This document shows, in pieces, positions 42,070 through 52,805 of a stretch of DNA of 64,000 bases. Positions within the stretch are counted from its first letter, which is position 1. The number at the start of each line of letters is the position of its first letter. Below the pieces are notes generated by a model. The model was not told where the DNA came from and ran no database searches. It saw nothing but the letters and a program-made list of their open reading frames with translations. This stretch comes from Porphyridium purpureum (lineage: Eukaryota): NCBI GenBank assembly GCA_008690995.1, contig VRMN01000005.1, positions 124,001 to 188,000 on the forward strand, given 5' to 3'. The position numbers and the translations under genes are program-made.

Positions 42070-42267
42070 GTTTCCGACTCTCTCAGCTCCTTCCCTTCTG
42101 TTCCCCCCTTACCACTCTTCGCCCTTGTCCACCACAACATTCAACCTCCAGCGTATGGGACGAAATGTGGCACTACATTGACATCTGGAATGGCATGAGC
42201 AATTGGAATTACATTTAAATGGCGCATGGAATTGCCATCTTTAAATTCAGATGACGTTCGACTGCTC

Positions 42268-42792
42268 GCAGAAGGGGCGCGGCTGGCGCGGCTCTGTGTC
42301 GGTCGAAGGGTGGCGACCTTGTCGGCAATGGACAAAGCGCGGCGCCAAAGAAGGCCTTGGGCCTTGTTTGCCGGCATGGCGACCGTGGGCGTCATAGTGT
42401 CGCACTTTATTGCCGAGTACCGGATGCCACGTGCGCCGCCCCCCGCTCTGCCAGTGCAGCAGCAGCAGGAGCGGAGGCCGCGGCAGCTCGAGACCAGGGC
42501 TTCGTTGGAGCAAGCGGACAAGGCGGCGGCCGTGGCGGCGGACGCGGGCGCAGACTCGGCTGCTCTTACAGATACCGCGCAGCAGCAGCAGCGCGCTGAC
42601 AACATGATGCAGATGATTCTAGAAACGCGCGCGGAAGTTGCGTTGGCGGAAGCACGGAGGCGCTTGGCGGAAGCGGAGCAGGCGGGTGTTGAGGAAGCGC
42701 ACGGCACTATGGAACTCGCGGCGCCTAGTAATCGCGCCAGAGATATGCTCTTTGAATCCGACGGAAAGGTCAAGCGTCGCTTTCACTCGTGA
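42268..42792 (+). CDS. Small single-TM coiled-coil protein of unknown function
   Basis: ORF 42226..42792 with a hydrophobic segment WALFAGMATVGVIVSHFIA, then an Ala/Glu-rich helix. The start could be 42226 or 42268. Confidence 0.55.
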   Translation, partial: AEGARLARLCVGRRVATLSAMDKARRQRRPWALFAGMATVGVIVSHFIAEYRMPRAPPPALPVQQQQERRPRQLETRASLEQADKAAAVAADAGADSAALTDTAQQQQRADNMMQMILETRAEVALAEARRRLAEAEQAGVEEAHGTMELAAPSNRARDMLFESDGKVKRRFHS

Positions 42793-43820
42793 TGACGGAT
42801 CGGGCGAGCGCCCTTTTTTCATCCCCGCCGCAGATCTTTGGTCTTTTTACGTTGAGATAGCAAAGTGATGGGAGACCAACCGTGTTGAGATGGACAGGCG
42901 ACCATTGTGCTGCGTATATAAGGCGGACGACTGGGAACTGAACTAAGCGTGGACGATGTTGCAGGTGGCCGGGGCGTCGGGCTGGACGGAAGCGTAGAGG
43001 GAGCGCGGGCCGCGACCCTGAAACCCTCCAGACACCGCAACTACAAGTGAGCGCCCGCGCCGGAGCCTCCTTTTTCTCTTGTGGCTCTTTCGTCCAGGGC
43101 AGTCGGTGCGCGGCGTTTAGTGCGCGGAATAAGAGCGGATCCGTGTGGGTGGTTCGGGGCGACCGGGGCGGCAAGGGGGGGTTCGAGAAGTGGGAGGGGG
43201 TGTCTAGACGTTTCGTGCCTGCACGCGCTGGATGCTGTGGTGCCACGTTACTCGGTTTACTACGACGAGTGCCTTTACTGCGACCGGCAGCAGCACAGAA
43301 AGCAAGGCGACACGCCTTGGCCTGCACGCGGCAAATCCGCGCGCGGTGTGGAGCGATTGCCAAGCGCGTGCAGTCAACAAACGCGTCACCGCACTCACTC
43401 GGACGCGCGTATGAGGAATCGAGTGCGGCGCAAGTAAGTGCGGTTGGGCGCGTTGCATCCACAGCATTGGGAACTCGGATGGTCTTCGTGTAGAGCGCGT
43501 TCTTTCGATGCGTGGCGACCAAGATTTATCGCGGCGGCTGGGGTGGACTATAAGAAAGCGACGCGGCGTCAAGGTGATCGTTGAGGCGTTTTGTATCAGG
43601 TGATAGGCGGGTCTGTGGGTGGGGTGTGTGTGTGTGTGTGTGTGACGTGGGACGAAACGAGAAGGACTTTGGAGCAGAGTGGAAGAGGAAGAAGAAATAG
43701 GCGGGACTCGCGCAGTGGTGGAGAGAGCAGGTGCTGGTCGTTGCCGGCGAATGATATTGGTGGCGTGGACGTGGCGGTCCCGAGCTGAGCGAGGTGTGGA
43801 GCAGGCACACGCGCGGAAGA

Positions 43821-44516
43821 ATGCTGGAGAGCTGCGCGCTCTTGGCGCCCGGCACGCGCGTCAGAATAACGGGGAATAACCGCACGCGGAAGGAAATCGT
43901 GGAGACCGAGGGCAGTGTGGTTTCGAGCGCGGCGCTAGGAGGCTGGCACACCGTGCGCTGCACAGTGAATGAGCGTACGGGACTCTTTCGCGTGCAGCGA
44001 AACGCCCTAGAAGTGCTGGACACCGTCGAGTCGGACGCGTTTCTTCAGCAAGTGCCGCGCGAGGCGGCTGGTGCGCGCGCGTCGGACCAGTGCTCGCGCG
44101 CTCTAGGCACGCTCAAATATAGCACCCTGCGAAGGTACAGGCAGGCCTTTGGTCTCAGAATCCAGAAGCAGCACACAAAGGACGAGCTCCTGGGTGTTGT
44201 AAGATCTCATTTTGCGAGCTGGAAGATCGCGAGCGAGGACGACGTCATCCGCTCCTTTGTGCGCTCCGTGACCAAGCGCGAGCTGTCAATGCCGTGGGGT
44301 CGTACGCTTGCGAAGAAGAAGACTGATAACAGCGCCCGCGATGTCACCAAACCAGAGGGCCCTGAGAGTGGAGGGCACGAGAAGGAAGTTCGCGAGTTTG
44401 GCTCTCCGATGACCACGATCACGTCCGCATCGGAGGGCTGCTGGTCAGCCCCTCTTAGTGAGGCGCCGTTTCTGACAGTCATGGATGAAGGCGTATCGGA
44501 GCATGAACTCATTTGA
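43821..44516 (+). CDS. SAP30-like Sin3-binding histone deacetylase complex subunit (plant AFR1/AFR2-like)
   Basis: RVRITGNNRT..LGGWH..VQRNALEV N-domain, plus the Sin3-binding motif LKYSTLRRYRQAFGL..KDELLGVVRSHF..EDDVIRSFV. Confidence 0.85.
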   Translation: MLESCALLAPGTRVRITGNNRTRKEIVETEGSVVSSAALGGWHTVRCTVNERTGLFRVQRNALEVLDTVESDAFLQQVPREAAGARASDQCSRALGTLKYSTLRRYRQAFGLRIQKQHTKDELLGVVRSHFASWKIASEDDVIRSFVRSVTKRELSMPWGRTLAKKKTDNSARDVTKPEGPESGGHEKEVREFGSPMTTITSASEGCWSAPLSEAPFLTVMDEGVSEHELI

Positions 44517-44738
44517 CCTTGGCGGTAAAGCATTGGGGTGGTTGTGAACACCGCCAATCCGTAATTCAGTGCAAAATGCTTGAGTGTATGAATGAGCGAG
44601 CAGATGGCGAAGGGCAATCAAGGAAGGAACCGACTCTGTCGGATTGTAAAAACTATGTAAGGATTGAAGCGAGAAACGTGTAGCCCACTATGTAAAAGAG
44701 ATCTCCCATTTTTTCTTTCTCTTAACAATGTGCGGAAC

Positions 44739-46877
44739 CTACCATCTTCGAAGCAAGGTCGTAATCATCTTAAAGCCATCCAACAGCCCGCCGCGTTTTT
44801 CAGGCCCCGGATCCGACGTGCCAGCCACCGAAATGTAGGCGCTGCGCCAGGCCGAAAGAAGAATTAAGTTGGTTATCATTGCGATGCCCGCGAACGAAGG
44901 CGGAGGCACATGCGAAGTCTCCAGGCCGCGAATGGCCAAACCTAGCGGGAGGGCAACCAGCGCGCTACGCGCGACGCAGGCCAAGACGGCGCTCTGAGAT
45001 GACGTGGCAGCTGCGGTGTACGCACCGAGAACGGGACTGCCGAGCACCCACCCTAGTGCAAACGGAAACGCTACTTGGAGCGTGCTCAAGAGGTCCACAC
45101 TCTCCTTGTGGTTCATCTGACCAATCGACGCAAATACAAGAAACATAGAGAGATCACCCGCGGCCAGCACAGGCCGATTCAGAATGTCACCATACGAAGA
45201 GCTGCCCGTCGCGATAGCCAGATCAGCGCCGGCTTGACCGCTGTAATTCGTGTTCTTTGCTTCGAGGTAGCCGCGCTCGAAAGCCTCCTCAGCCTTCTCG
45301 ACAAAAGCGTTCACAGACATGCGCTGCTTAGCGCCAGATTGGTACTCAATCTGGCGGCACAGGGCAGAAAACACGTCATTTTTGCCCTGGTCGCCGTTCA
45401 CGGAGCACAAAACCGACTTGTACTTGCTTTCTAACACCGCGTTGTACTCCTTGTATGCGTCTAGCCGTGCGCGTACTTTCTCTTCCACGTCGTCGCTGCG
45501 CTGCACCAGCCGCTGCGCCACTTCCGGGTCCGTTGGCGGGTCGAAAACCATGTGGTAAATGCGGCCGGTCTCTGGATCTGTGCGACGTCCTACAATACGC
45601 GCCACAATCTTATCGTCCGGAACCGACAGAGTCGCGACCACTTTGGGTCGGATCCCCGCTGCCTCTAGTGCATCGGCTTGAGCGCTCGTTCTCGGAAAGC
45701 CATCTAGCAGCCATCCTTGCTCTTGTACGTCCGGTTGCGCCATCCGCTCCTTGATCAGACTGATGACAAGCGAATCCGGCACCAGGGCGCCCCGGTCCAT
45801 AAACTCCTTGGCTTGCTTTCCCAGCTCACTCTGAGCCTTGACGGCCGCGCGAAGCATGTCGCCTGTGGACAGGTGCACGAAGCTGTACTTTTCCGCAAGG
45901 AGCGCGCACTGCGTGCCTTTCCCGGAACCCGGCGCGCCCATGATCACCATCTGCAAACTGGGCTTACTGTTGGCACGACTTGTGGATTTGCCGTCGCCTG
46001 GCTTTGACTTTGGGGCGAACGTCGCATCCACGGCAAACTCAATCTCCTTAAAGACCGCGTTCTTGTCCTGCATGCCATTTACCTTTTGCACAACGTTGCT
46101 GTAGCGTGACAGAAGTGTTGCGGCATGCGAATAGTACTGCTCCAAACGCACGAGTGCTTTCTCCTCGGTATCATCGCTGCGGTGCACAAGACGGTCGAGG
46201 ATCTGCGGATCATTTGGCGGTGGATCAAATTTCAGGTGATAGATCGCACCCGTAACAGGATCGGTGCGCCTGCCCACGACGCGTTCCAAAAGCACCTTAT
46301 CATCCACATCGAGCTGCAGCACCACGTCTGGCTGAACACCCGCTTGGTCGAGCGCTTCGGCCTGCGCGTCCGTGCGCGGAAATCCATCGAGGAGCCACCC
46401 TTGCTTCAACACGTCCTCCTGCTGTAAGCGGCTCTGCAGCATTCCGATAATCAAGTCGTCTGGTACCAGCTGACCACTGTCCATGAACCCCTTGGCTGCC
46501 TTACCCAGCTCCGAGCCCGCTTTGACCTCGGCGCGCAGCATATCTCCGGTCGAAATATGCACGACACCATACTTGGCCGCAATCAGTACGCATTGCGTGC
46601 CCTTCCCAGACGCCGGCGCGCCGGTGATCATGATCCGCTTCAGAGACTGCGACGCGCTGACAGATTCCTCAACGGAAGTCTCCATCGCACTCGCCTTTAA
46701 CCCGATGTGCCTGGCTCCACGAAGCGGGCCGGCTCTCGCTGCGCCAAGCAAGGCCGCAGGTCGCGACGACAAACTCACAGGTGTGTGCTGCGGAATATCA
46801 CGTCGGCAGCAAAGATGCACACCACGTGTGCTTCTCAAGGGCGCAGGCGCCGAACCGGCGGATGAAACGAACGCCAT
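44739..46877 (-). CDS. Plastid-targeted tandem adenylate kinase (two AK domains) fused to a DUF3054-like membrane domain
   Basis: MAFVSS transit peptide. Two complete AK domains (GAPASGKGT and GAPGSGKGT; H(I/L)STGDMLR; WLLDGFPR; GRRTDP; RSDD). C-terminal GD..F..IG..H..PF..GW..WR..LLRRW. Confidence 0.9.
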   Translation of the reverse strand: MAFVSSAGSAPAPLRSTRGVHLCCRRDIPQHTPVSLSSRPAALLGAARAGPLRGARHIGLKASAMETSVEESVSASQSLKRIMITGAPASGKGTQCVLIAAKYGVVHISTGDMLRAEVKAGSELGKAAKGFMDSGQLVPDDLIIGMLQSRLQQEDVLKQGWLLDGFPRTDAQAEALDQAGVQPDVVLQLDVDDKVLLERVVGRRTDPVTGAIYHLKFDPPPNDPQILDRLVHRSDDTEEKALVRLEQYYSHAATLLSRYSNVVQKVNGMQDKNAVFKEIEFAVDATFAPKSKPGDGKSTSRANSKPSLQMVIMGAPGSGKGTQCALLAEKYSFVHLSTGDMLRAAVKAQSELGKQAKEFMDRGALVPDSLVISLIKERMAQPDVQEQGWLLDGFPRTSAQADALEAAGIRPKVVATLSVPDDKIVARIVGRRTDPETGRIYHMVFDPPTDPEVAQRLVQRSDDVEEKVRARLDAYKEYNAVLESKYKSVLCSVNGDQGKNDVFSALCRQIEYQSGAKQRMSVNAFVEKAEEAFERGYLEAKNTNYSGQAGADLAIATGSSSYGDILNRPVLAAGDLSMFLVFASIGQMNHKESVDLLSTLQVAFPFALGWVLGSPVLGAYTAAATSSQSAVLACVARSALVALPLGLAIRGLETSHVPPPSFAGIAMITNLILLSAWRSAYISVAGTSDPGPEKRGGLLDGFKMITTLLRRW

Positions 46878-47797
46878 GTCGTGGTCCACGACTCGACTTG
46901 TCCAAGCAACCCCACAGCCTCTACGACCAAGCTGGCCTTCCACACTTCTGAGCTCCCGTCGTCGCGCCACGCGCATCTGAATCACGCAACCCTAAAAATC
47001 CTGACCGCGAGTACAGTGTTGTGTACAGTTTGCACGGGACTTTTCTTCTCTTTCGTTCGTGTGAATCGCGTGCGCACATGCAGATCCCTCGAGTGATGTG
47101 GCTGCGCGCGGTAGAGGCGCTGTCACGCTGGAATCCATGACTCGCAGCGACTTTCACACGACTCCCGCGCAGAATGAGCATCGCTCCTGGCGCGTAGCTC
47201 ACGCAGGCCTGACAGGAGCATCGCGTAGAGTGCCACCACCAGGGCTTTGGTGGTCATTTCCGGACAATTATGTTTCCGTCGCATGAAATCACCGGGCAGA
47301 GCTTCATGACCCGAACATAGCCTCTGGTACTTCCACTGAGAACGCAGAAGCTACAATGCGAGCCGTGCTCTATTGCCAGGCCTGGATGAAAAAGAAGACA
47401 TTTGAATTCTTCATCTAAACAGCGCACGGTTTTGCGAACGTGCCGATGCACAAGCAGCGTCCAATGATCGAAAGAGCATCCTCAGGCCATGTCACGGTGC
47501 CGGTGTGCCGCAGAGCCATCATGTGGAGAAGCTCGCAGACCAGTTTATCTTGCTCAGCCGACAAAGGGGGTAGGGCGCGCCGCCACTTGGTGGTGATGCA
47601 AAAGAGGGCGCACACCTCTATCTAAATCGTGGTCGTTTTCGTATGAAACTGTGCAGCACCGAAAAACGGCGCGAGATGAAGCGGAATAAGGTACAGCGCT
47701 TATTCAGAAAAGGTTCAGTTGAACCGGGTGCGCCATCGAGAGTGGGCAAGAGTGGCGTCACGGCGGGAAGTGGTGGAGTCGCTTGGAAGCGAGGGCC

Positions 47798-50569
47798 ATG
47801 GCAGAGATGAAGCGATGTATTCCGGCCTGGATGGCCAACCACGCCGCACCATGGTCTAGACAGGATGTATGTTCTCGGCGCGAGGTGCGTGCATTGCCGG
47901 CTGGGTGCAGCTGGCGAGCTGGAACCGCGCATGCGATGGTGCCGCGTCGGCGGCGGACTCGGTGTCGACCACGGCATCAGATACAGTGCGGAAACAGTGA
48001 TCATGTTGATGAGCAAAATGGTTCAGAGATATGCAACGAGGGATCAGATGATAAGCTCGGTGGTAGTGCGGAAGGGAGCGGGGCCTCTTCCTCATCTGAG
48101 CCGTCAGTAAGAGCTGGGTCAGAATCGGTTCTCCAGTTTGTAGAGGAAATGAAAGCGAGCGCTAGACTCCGCGAGTTTGCAATTATACAAGATAGAGTAC
48201 CTAGCGTGGAAGAGCTTGAGACATCGTACATCGGTCAGGAACTATATGGTGTTCCTATTGGATACGAACCTCTGGCCAGGGCAGAGACGCAGGCAAAAGG
48301 CGACCCGGCCGGCGCGGTGGGTCAGACGATGCCAGAACATCGCAAGGATTTTCAGCGCGCGTTTGTTGAAGCGTCGTGGCTCAACTTACTTTTTCGCCAT
48401 CGTGTCTGGCACCAGCAGAAAATTCAGGACTCCATGGCTGCCGGCGACTCGGTGGCTGAAGCTCACGCCAAGAAGGAGCGAGCTGCTCAAGCGCTGATGC
48501 TGCTCAGCGCCTTTGCAGTGTGCTGCATTTGCGCAGTCGCTTTTGCCGCACGGAAAAGAAGAGTTCCGATCCAGCCCAGCCGTGAGCTTCTTCAACGCGC
48601 GCTACTGGCCGTGGTTTCGATACAGCACCGCTTGCAGTTGCCGCTCCTTATTTTCGCACCGCTTTCCCTTCTTGCCGCTTTTTCGATGTGCAGACTCAGT
48701 GCGAGCGTCGACGCCGCGCGTAGAGTGCTCATGTACTATATGACTTCAGCCACTGGCTTTATTTGTTCGGCAGTGTTGTCTGCCGGTGGTCTTCACGATG
48801 GTGCTCTATTTGCGGCTCTGGCAGGCCGTCTTTGCACTGTACAGGCCATAAGTCGCTGGAAGGACTTGAATGAGGATCTCATGCTGAAAGGTAGGAATGC
48901 GCTAGTTCCCGTGCTGCTTGCGTGGCGAAAGTTTTCTATTGCCATACTTTGCATCGGCATTTGGAGTAGCATTCTGTCGTACGTTCCCATGTTTTCTGTC
49001 GCGGCAGCTTCTGCTGGGCTGAGCGCCCACTTTGTGACCGAATTTCGATCGCGTGTGCTTCGCGCGAGCACGGTCTTGCCGATGTCACTCTTCAGTGGCT
49101 TTGGTCGCTGGCCTATACAGCAGCACATAGGGCGATCGAAAGTGCCGGGCATTATCCTGCTGATTCTGTATCTCTACTACGTGATTTGTTTTGCCACGTT
49201 TCCGATGGATCTTGGCGCTGAAAAGAACGCAAGGAATGCACAAACTCCGTTGTCTCGGTTTTTGCAGGCAATCCGATATTTTATCAACCTCTCTGCGGCT
49301 GACGCCACAAAACGGCGGGGTGCGCGTCTATCGGTGACGGAGCTTTTTCGGCAAGATTTTTCCAAAGCCAAGCAGAAGCTCGCGTCGCACGTAATGCATT
49401 CGGACGCTCCCGCAATACCCTTGGACACATTCACGCGTACAGCGGCAGAATGGTCGGAAATGGTGGACGGCTCACAAGGAGCTGTGGACGATCTGTTGGC
49501 ACAGACGTTCGTGAACAATTTGGCGAGACCGATGTTGATTGCAGCGAAGAAAGGAGATGTCGACGTAATTCCACCCAGCCGCGAATACCTTACGAAGCAG
49601 CTTTTGGAACAGAAAATTTCGGACGAGGCACTCCGGGCGCTAGATTTCGACGCAGAGATCGAGTTTGTCTACGAACCTACAGAGCCGAGCGTGCTTCGGC
49701 GCCGCGGTGCGCGCATTGAAGTGGTAGACTTTGGGAAGGAGCATGATGAGAGCAGCGCGCAAAATGATGATGAGGAGGAGGATGAGAAGGCGCAGCTGCG
49801 CGAATTGGTCGCATTTCTGAGAAGCCGTGAGCAAGACGAGCACAATGATGATGATGACGATGATGACGATGATGATGTAGAAGCGGAAGACACGACTGAC
49901 TCGTACTTCGACGTTGCGGAAACCCCAGACCCTGCGATTGAAGCCGTGAATCGGAGGGTCGAGCAGCTCCTTCGCGAGCGTGGTGGGAACAAGAAATTTT
50001 CTTGGGATGATGAAAGTGATGACGTGAAGAATGCAATGTCTCGCGGCACGTTGTACCGTATCGCCGGACTGGGCTCTGGGAAGGACGACGCTGACCAAAC
50101 CGACAGAAATGACGAGGAGGCACTGCACGACGAGGATGAAGAGGACGGATGGTATGAGCCTGAGGACGTTACCGAAAGCTTCACGTCGGCGGCATATTCA
50201 CAGCCCGATGAGAGCAAGCAAGAAGATGTGACGTGCACGGAAGCTGCTGGTGACGACGTCCCTGCAACCTCTGCAAGTGCGTCGTACTCACTTGTGGACG
50301 ACGATGCGTCCGATCCTGTGCCCGACTCCATAAAGGAGCGGATATTGCACTACTTGGAAGAGAATGTCGATGTCCGACGCTTTAGCGAGAATGGAAAGTC
50401 TGTGATTGTCGAACTGCGCCAGAAGGATGACGGACGCATTGTCCAGTACCAGCTCGACATGGAAGACGACGAGCTTGGCAGCAGCAGCAGCAGGAGCGAC
50501 GAAAGCGACGAAAGCGACGACCACACCAACAAGAGCAAAGAACAAAGACACAAGCCGCACCAGCCTTGA
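47798..50569 (+). CDS. Large membrane protein with central DUF3177-like domain and acidic C-terminal tail
   Basis: About 923 aa. Hydrophobic core HRLQLPLLIFAPL..RVLMYY..RWKDLNEDL..LAWR..LILYLYYV resembles cyanobacterial DUF3177 proteins. D/E-rich C-terminus. Confidence 0.65.
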   Translation: MAEMKRCIPAWMANHAAPWSRQDVCSRREVRALPAGCSWRAGTAHAMVPRRRRTRCRPRHQIQCGNSDHVDEQNGSEICNEGSDDKLGGSAEGSGASSSSEPSVRAGSESVLQFVEEMKASARLREFAIIQDRVPSVEELETSYIGQELYGVPIGYEPLARAETQAKGDPAGAVGQTMPEHRKDFQRAFVEASWLNLLFRHRVWHQQKIQDSMAAGDSVAEAHAKKERAAQALMLLSAFAVCCICAVAFAARKRRVPIQPSRELLQRALLAVVSIQHRLQLPLLIFAPLSLLAAFSMCRLSASVDAARRVLMYYMTSATGFICSAVLSAGGLHDGALFAALAGRLCTVQAISRWKDLNEDLMLKGRNALVPVLLAWRKFSIAILCIGIWSSILSYVPMFSVAAASAGLSAHFVTEFRSRVLRASTVLPMSLFSGFGRWPIQQHIGRSKVPGIILLILYLYYVICFATFPMDLGAEKNARNAQTPLSRFLQAIRYFINLSAADATKRRGARLSVTELFRQDFSKAKQKLASHVMHSDAPAIPLDTFTRTAAEWSEMVDGSQGAVDDLLAQTFVNNLARPMLIAAKKGDVDVIPPSREYLTKQLLEQKISDEALRALDFDAEIEFVYEPTEPSVLRRRGARIEVVDFGKEHDESSAQNDDEEEDEKAQLRELVAFLRSREQDEHNDDDDDDDDDDVEAEDTTDSYFDVAETPDPAIEAVNRRVEQLLRERGGNKKFSWDDESDDVKNAMSRGTLYRIAGLGSGKDDADQTDRNDEEALHDEDEEDGWYEPEDVTESFTSAAYSQPDESKQEDVTCTEAAGDDVPATSASASYSLVDDDASDPVPDSIKERILHYLEENVDVRRFSENGKSVIVELRQKDDGRIVQYQLDMEDDELGSSSSRSDESDESDDHTNKSKEQRHKPHQP

Positions 50570-50964
50570 CGCGGCCCGCGTGGCTTGCTAAACCACGTGC
50601 GCGCGGCTGAACAAATGCCACCAACCGCCCTCATGTGGGGCACGGTGGTCGCACCGCGTGGCGGCATGTTAAAAAACAACGTTAAGAACGGAGCATAAAT
50701 TAATCTCGATTCTGGCTGCGTTCGCTCCGGTACAGTGAGGGCGCGAGGTTTTGGCTCGAGGTGTGGTCGAGGTGTACTGGAGATTTACGTCTCGTGCGTG
50801 GGCGGACCAACGTATCAACACGTACGATTCCTGCGGTTAAAAGCGCGGGTATGAAACGACGGGCTTCGAGGCACGGAGGGAAGAGACGCTGTGATAAGGG
50901 AAGGCACTCTGGAGACGCGGAGGTTGGGTTCAGAAGTACACAAGAAAGAAGCAGAGCAGACACC

Positions 50965-51603
50965 ATGGCGTTCGTGAGTGGAGTTGGATCCGGACTGAGC
51001 CAGAGCCGCGTGGCGCAGCGCTCCGTGTGCAAGGCAAATGGCGCCGCGCTCAAGATGGAGGGCAAGTCGGCCTCCGTGCCGTTCCTGACCAAGCCGGAAA
51101 AGCTGGACGGGTCCATGGCCGGCGACGTCGGGTTCGACCCGCTGGGCTTCTCCAATTACCTGTCGCTTGAGTACCTGCGCGAGTCTGAGATCAAGCACGG
51201 CCGCGTCGCCATGCTCGCGTGCCTCGGTATCTGGATCCAGGAGATCGTGCACCTGCCCGGAAAGGAGTTCTCGAACCCGCTGGCCACCGAAGCATTCTTC
51301 CAAGTGCCGGCCGGAGGGATTGCGCAGATCTTCTTGGCGTGCGGTCTCGCCGAGTTCATCGGCCACCGCGGAAAGATGACCTACATGGACATCGCTGCGG
51401 ACAAGGAGCGCAAGCCCGGTGCGATGGGCTTCGACCCGCTGAACATGTCCAAGGGCAAGTCTGCTGAGGCGATGAAGAAGCTTGAATTGAACGAGGTCAA
51501 GAACGGAAGATTGGCCATGATTGGTGTGGGTGGCCTGATCCACGCCATGTTCATCTCTCACCAACCGACCCTGTTCCAGCTTGCGCACTTCAAGCCCTTG
51601 TAA
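50965..51603 (+). CDS. Lhcr: Chlorophyll a-binding light-harvesting protein of PSI (red-algal Lhcr)
   Basis: MAFVS transit peptide, GDVGFDPLGF, LRESEIKHGRVAMLA, GFDPL, ELNEVKNGRLAMI. Strong C/G-ending codon bias. Confidence 0.97.
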   Translation: MAFVSGVGSGLSQSRVAQRSVCKANGAALKMEGKSASVPFLTKPEKLDGSMAGDVGFDPLGFSNYLSLEYLRESEIKHGRVAMLACLGIWIQEIVHLPGKEFSNPLATEAFFQVPAGGIAQIFLACGLAEFIGHRGKMTYMDIAADKERKPGAMGFDPLNMSKGKSAEAMKKLELNEVKNGRLAMIGVGGLIHAMFISHQPTLFQLAHFKPL

Positions 51604-52805
51604 GTCCGCACTGCTCTATTATCGAACGGAGGAAACGCTTGCCCGCTCGTCGGTCATAACGCACACGCACCCTGTGTAGGATTCTGTATTGTACCTGCCA
51701 GCTAGGGAGCGACGCGGGTCGCTGTTACAGATCGTCAACTAAAAAATAAAAAGAGATCAAGAACGGGCGATATTGTTTTCGCACGCGGAATACCGGATCT
51801 CGAGGTCGACTCGAAGGGGAGGCTGAAGAGGAAGCAAGGACGAATTCATGCATTGATGACAAGTCCACGTCCACGAACAGAACAAACGTGACCTTGCAGC
51901 GATTCGACAGCCTTCCTGGTCGCTGCAGCCACATTCGGCCACAGTTCACGACGCCTTTTGTGTCGAGGACGACCTCACGCTGGCGCGGGCGCGTGCGTGG
52001 CACGACGTGTGGGCAGACCTTGCGGTACTGGTTGGCGACCATCCCCCACGCGCTTTCCGTCGCGAGCCACGTCCCGTGCACACCCACTCACTGTACCCGT
52101 CGTTCAAGTACAGTCCGCTGTACCCCAACCGGCTATTTCAAGACTTGGCCACCCACGTGCTGACACCCCGCGCGTTCGTCCAAGCCGCGTGTGTTTCCTT
52201 CTGACTGTGCGTTTTTTCTTATGTGGCCACACGCCGGCCCGATTTCGGCCAACACCGCCTGGGGGAAATTCACGAAATTCAAACTTCTCCGATTTCCGTG
52301 ATAGGACGAGGTGGTTTTGATACGAAGAGGTGCGGATGTGCTGCGCAAGGGGCGCGGGGTTTTGTGGGCAAGGGGCGGCATCTGGATGCGCGAATTCATG
52401 GACGGGGCTTTCTTTTCCGTGCCGGACGCCACCGCGCAAGACTGATGGTGGTGGCCTCGAAGAACCATTGTGTGACCGGGACGACCGATTCAGCAGCAGC
52501 TGCAGACATGTGTGTGTGTGTGTGTGTGGCGCGTCGTGCGTGGTGGGTGAGGTGTGCTGCGCAATGCGCATGCTGGGTTTGTCTGAAAGTGGCATAAAAG
52601 GCGCGGCCGCGGTGAACGGCTCGTGGCAGACGGCGTGAGATAGGCTCAGCGCGGCAGCACGAGGTGAACAACACTGTACACAAGAAGACAAACTGGGAGA
52701 CAAACACACAGAGCGGGAGAGAGAGGAAGCACCGCGCTGACTGTCAGCTGTCCGGGCACCGAAAGCATAGCGACCATTGGACGAGGAGAGAGACTAACTG
52801 GAAGT

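Noticed and set aside
40993..42198. 401-aa plus-strand ORF
   Set aside because: It overlaps the zinc-finger gene out of frame and is antisense to DCC1; no recognisable protein features.
50815..51588. 257-aa ORF antisense to Lhcr
   Set aside because: Expected by-product of strong C/G third-position bias.
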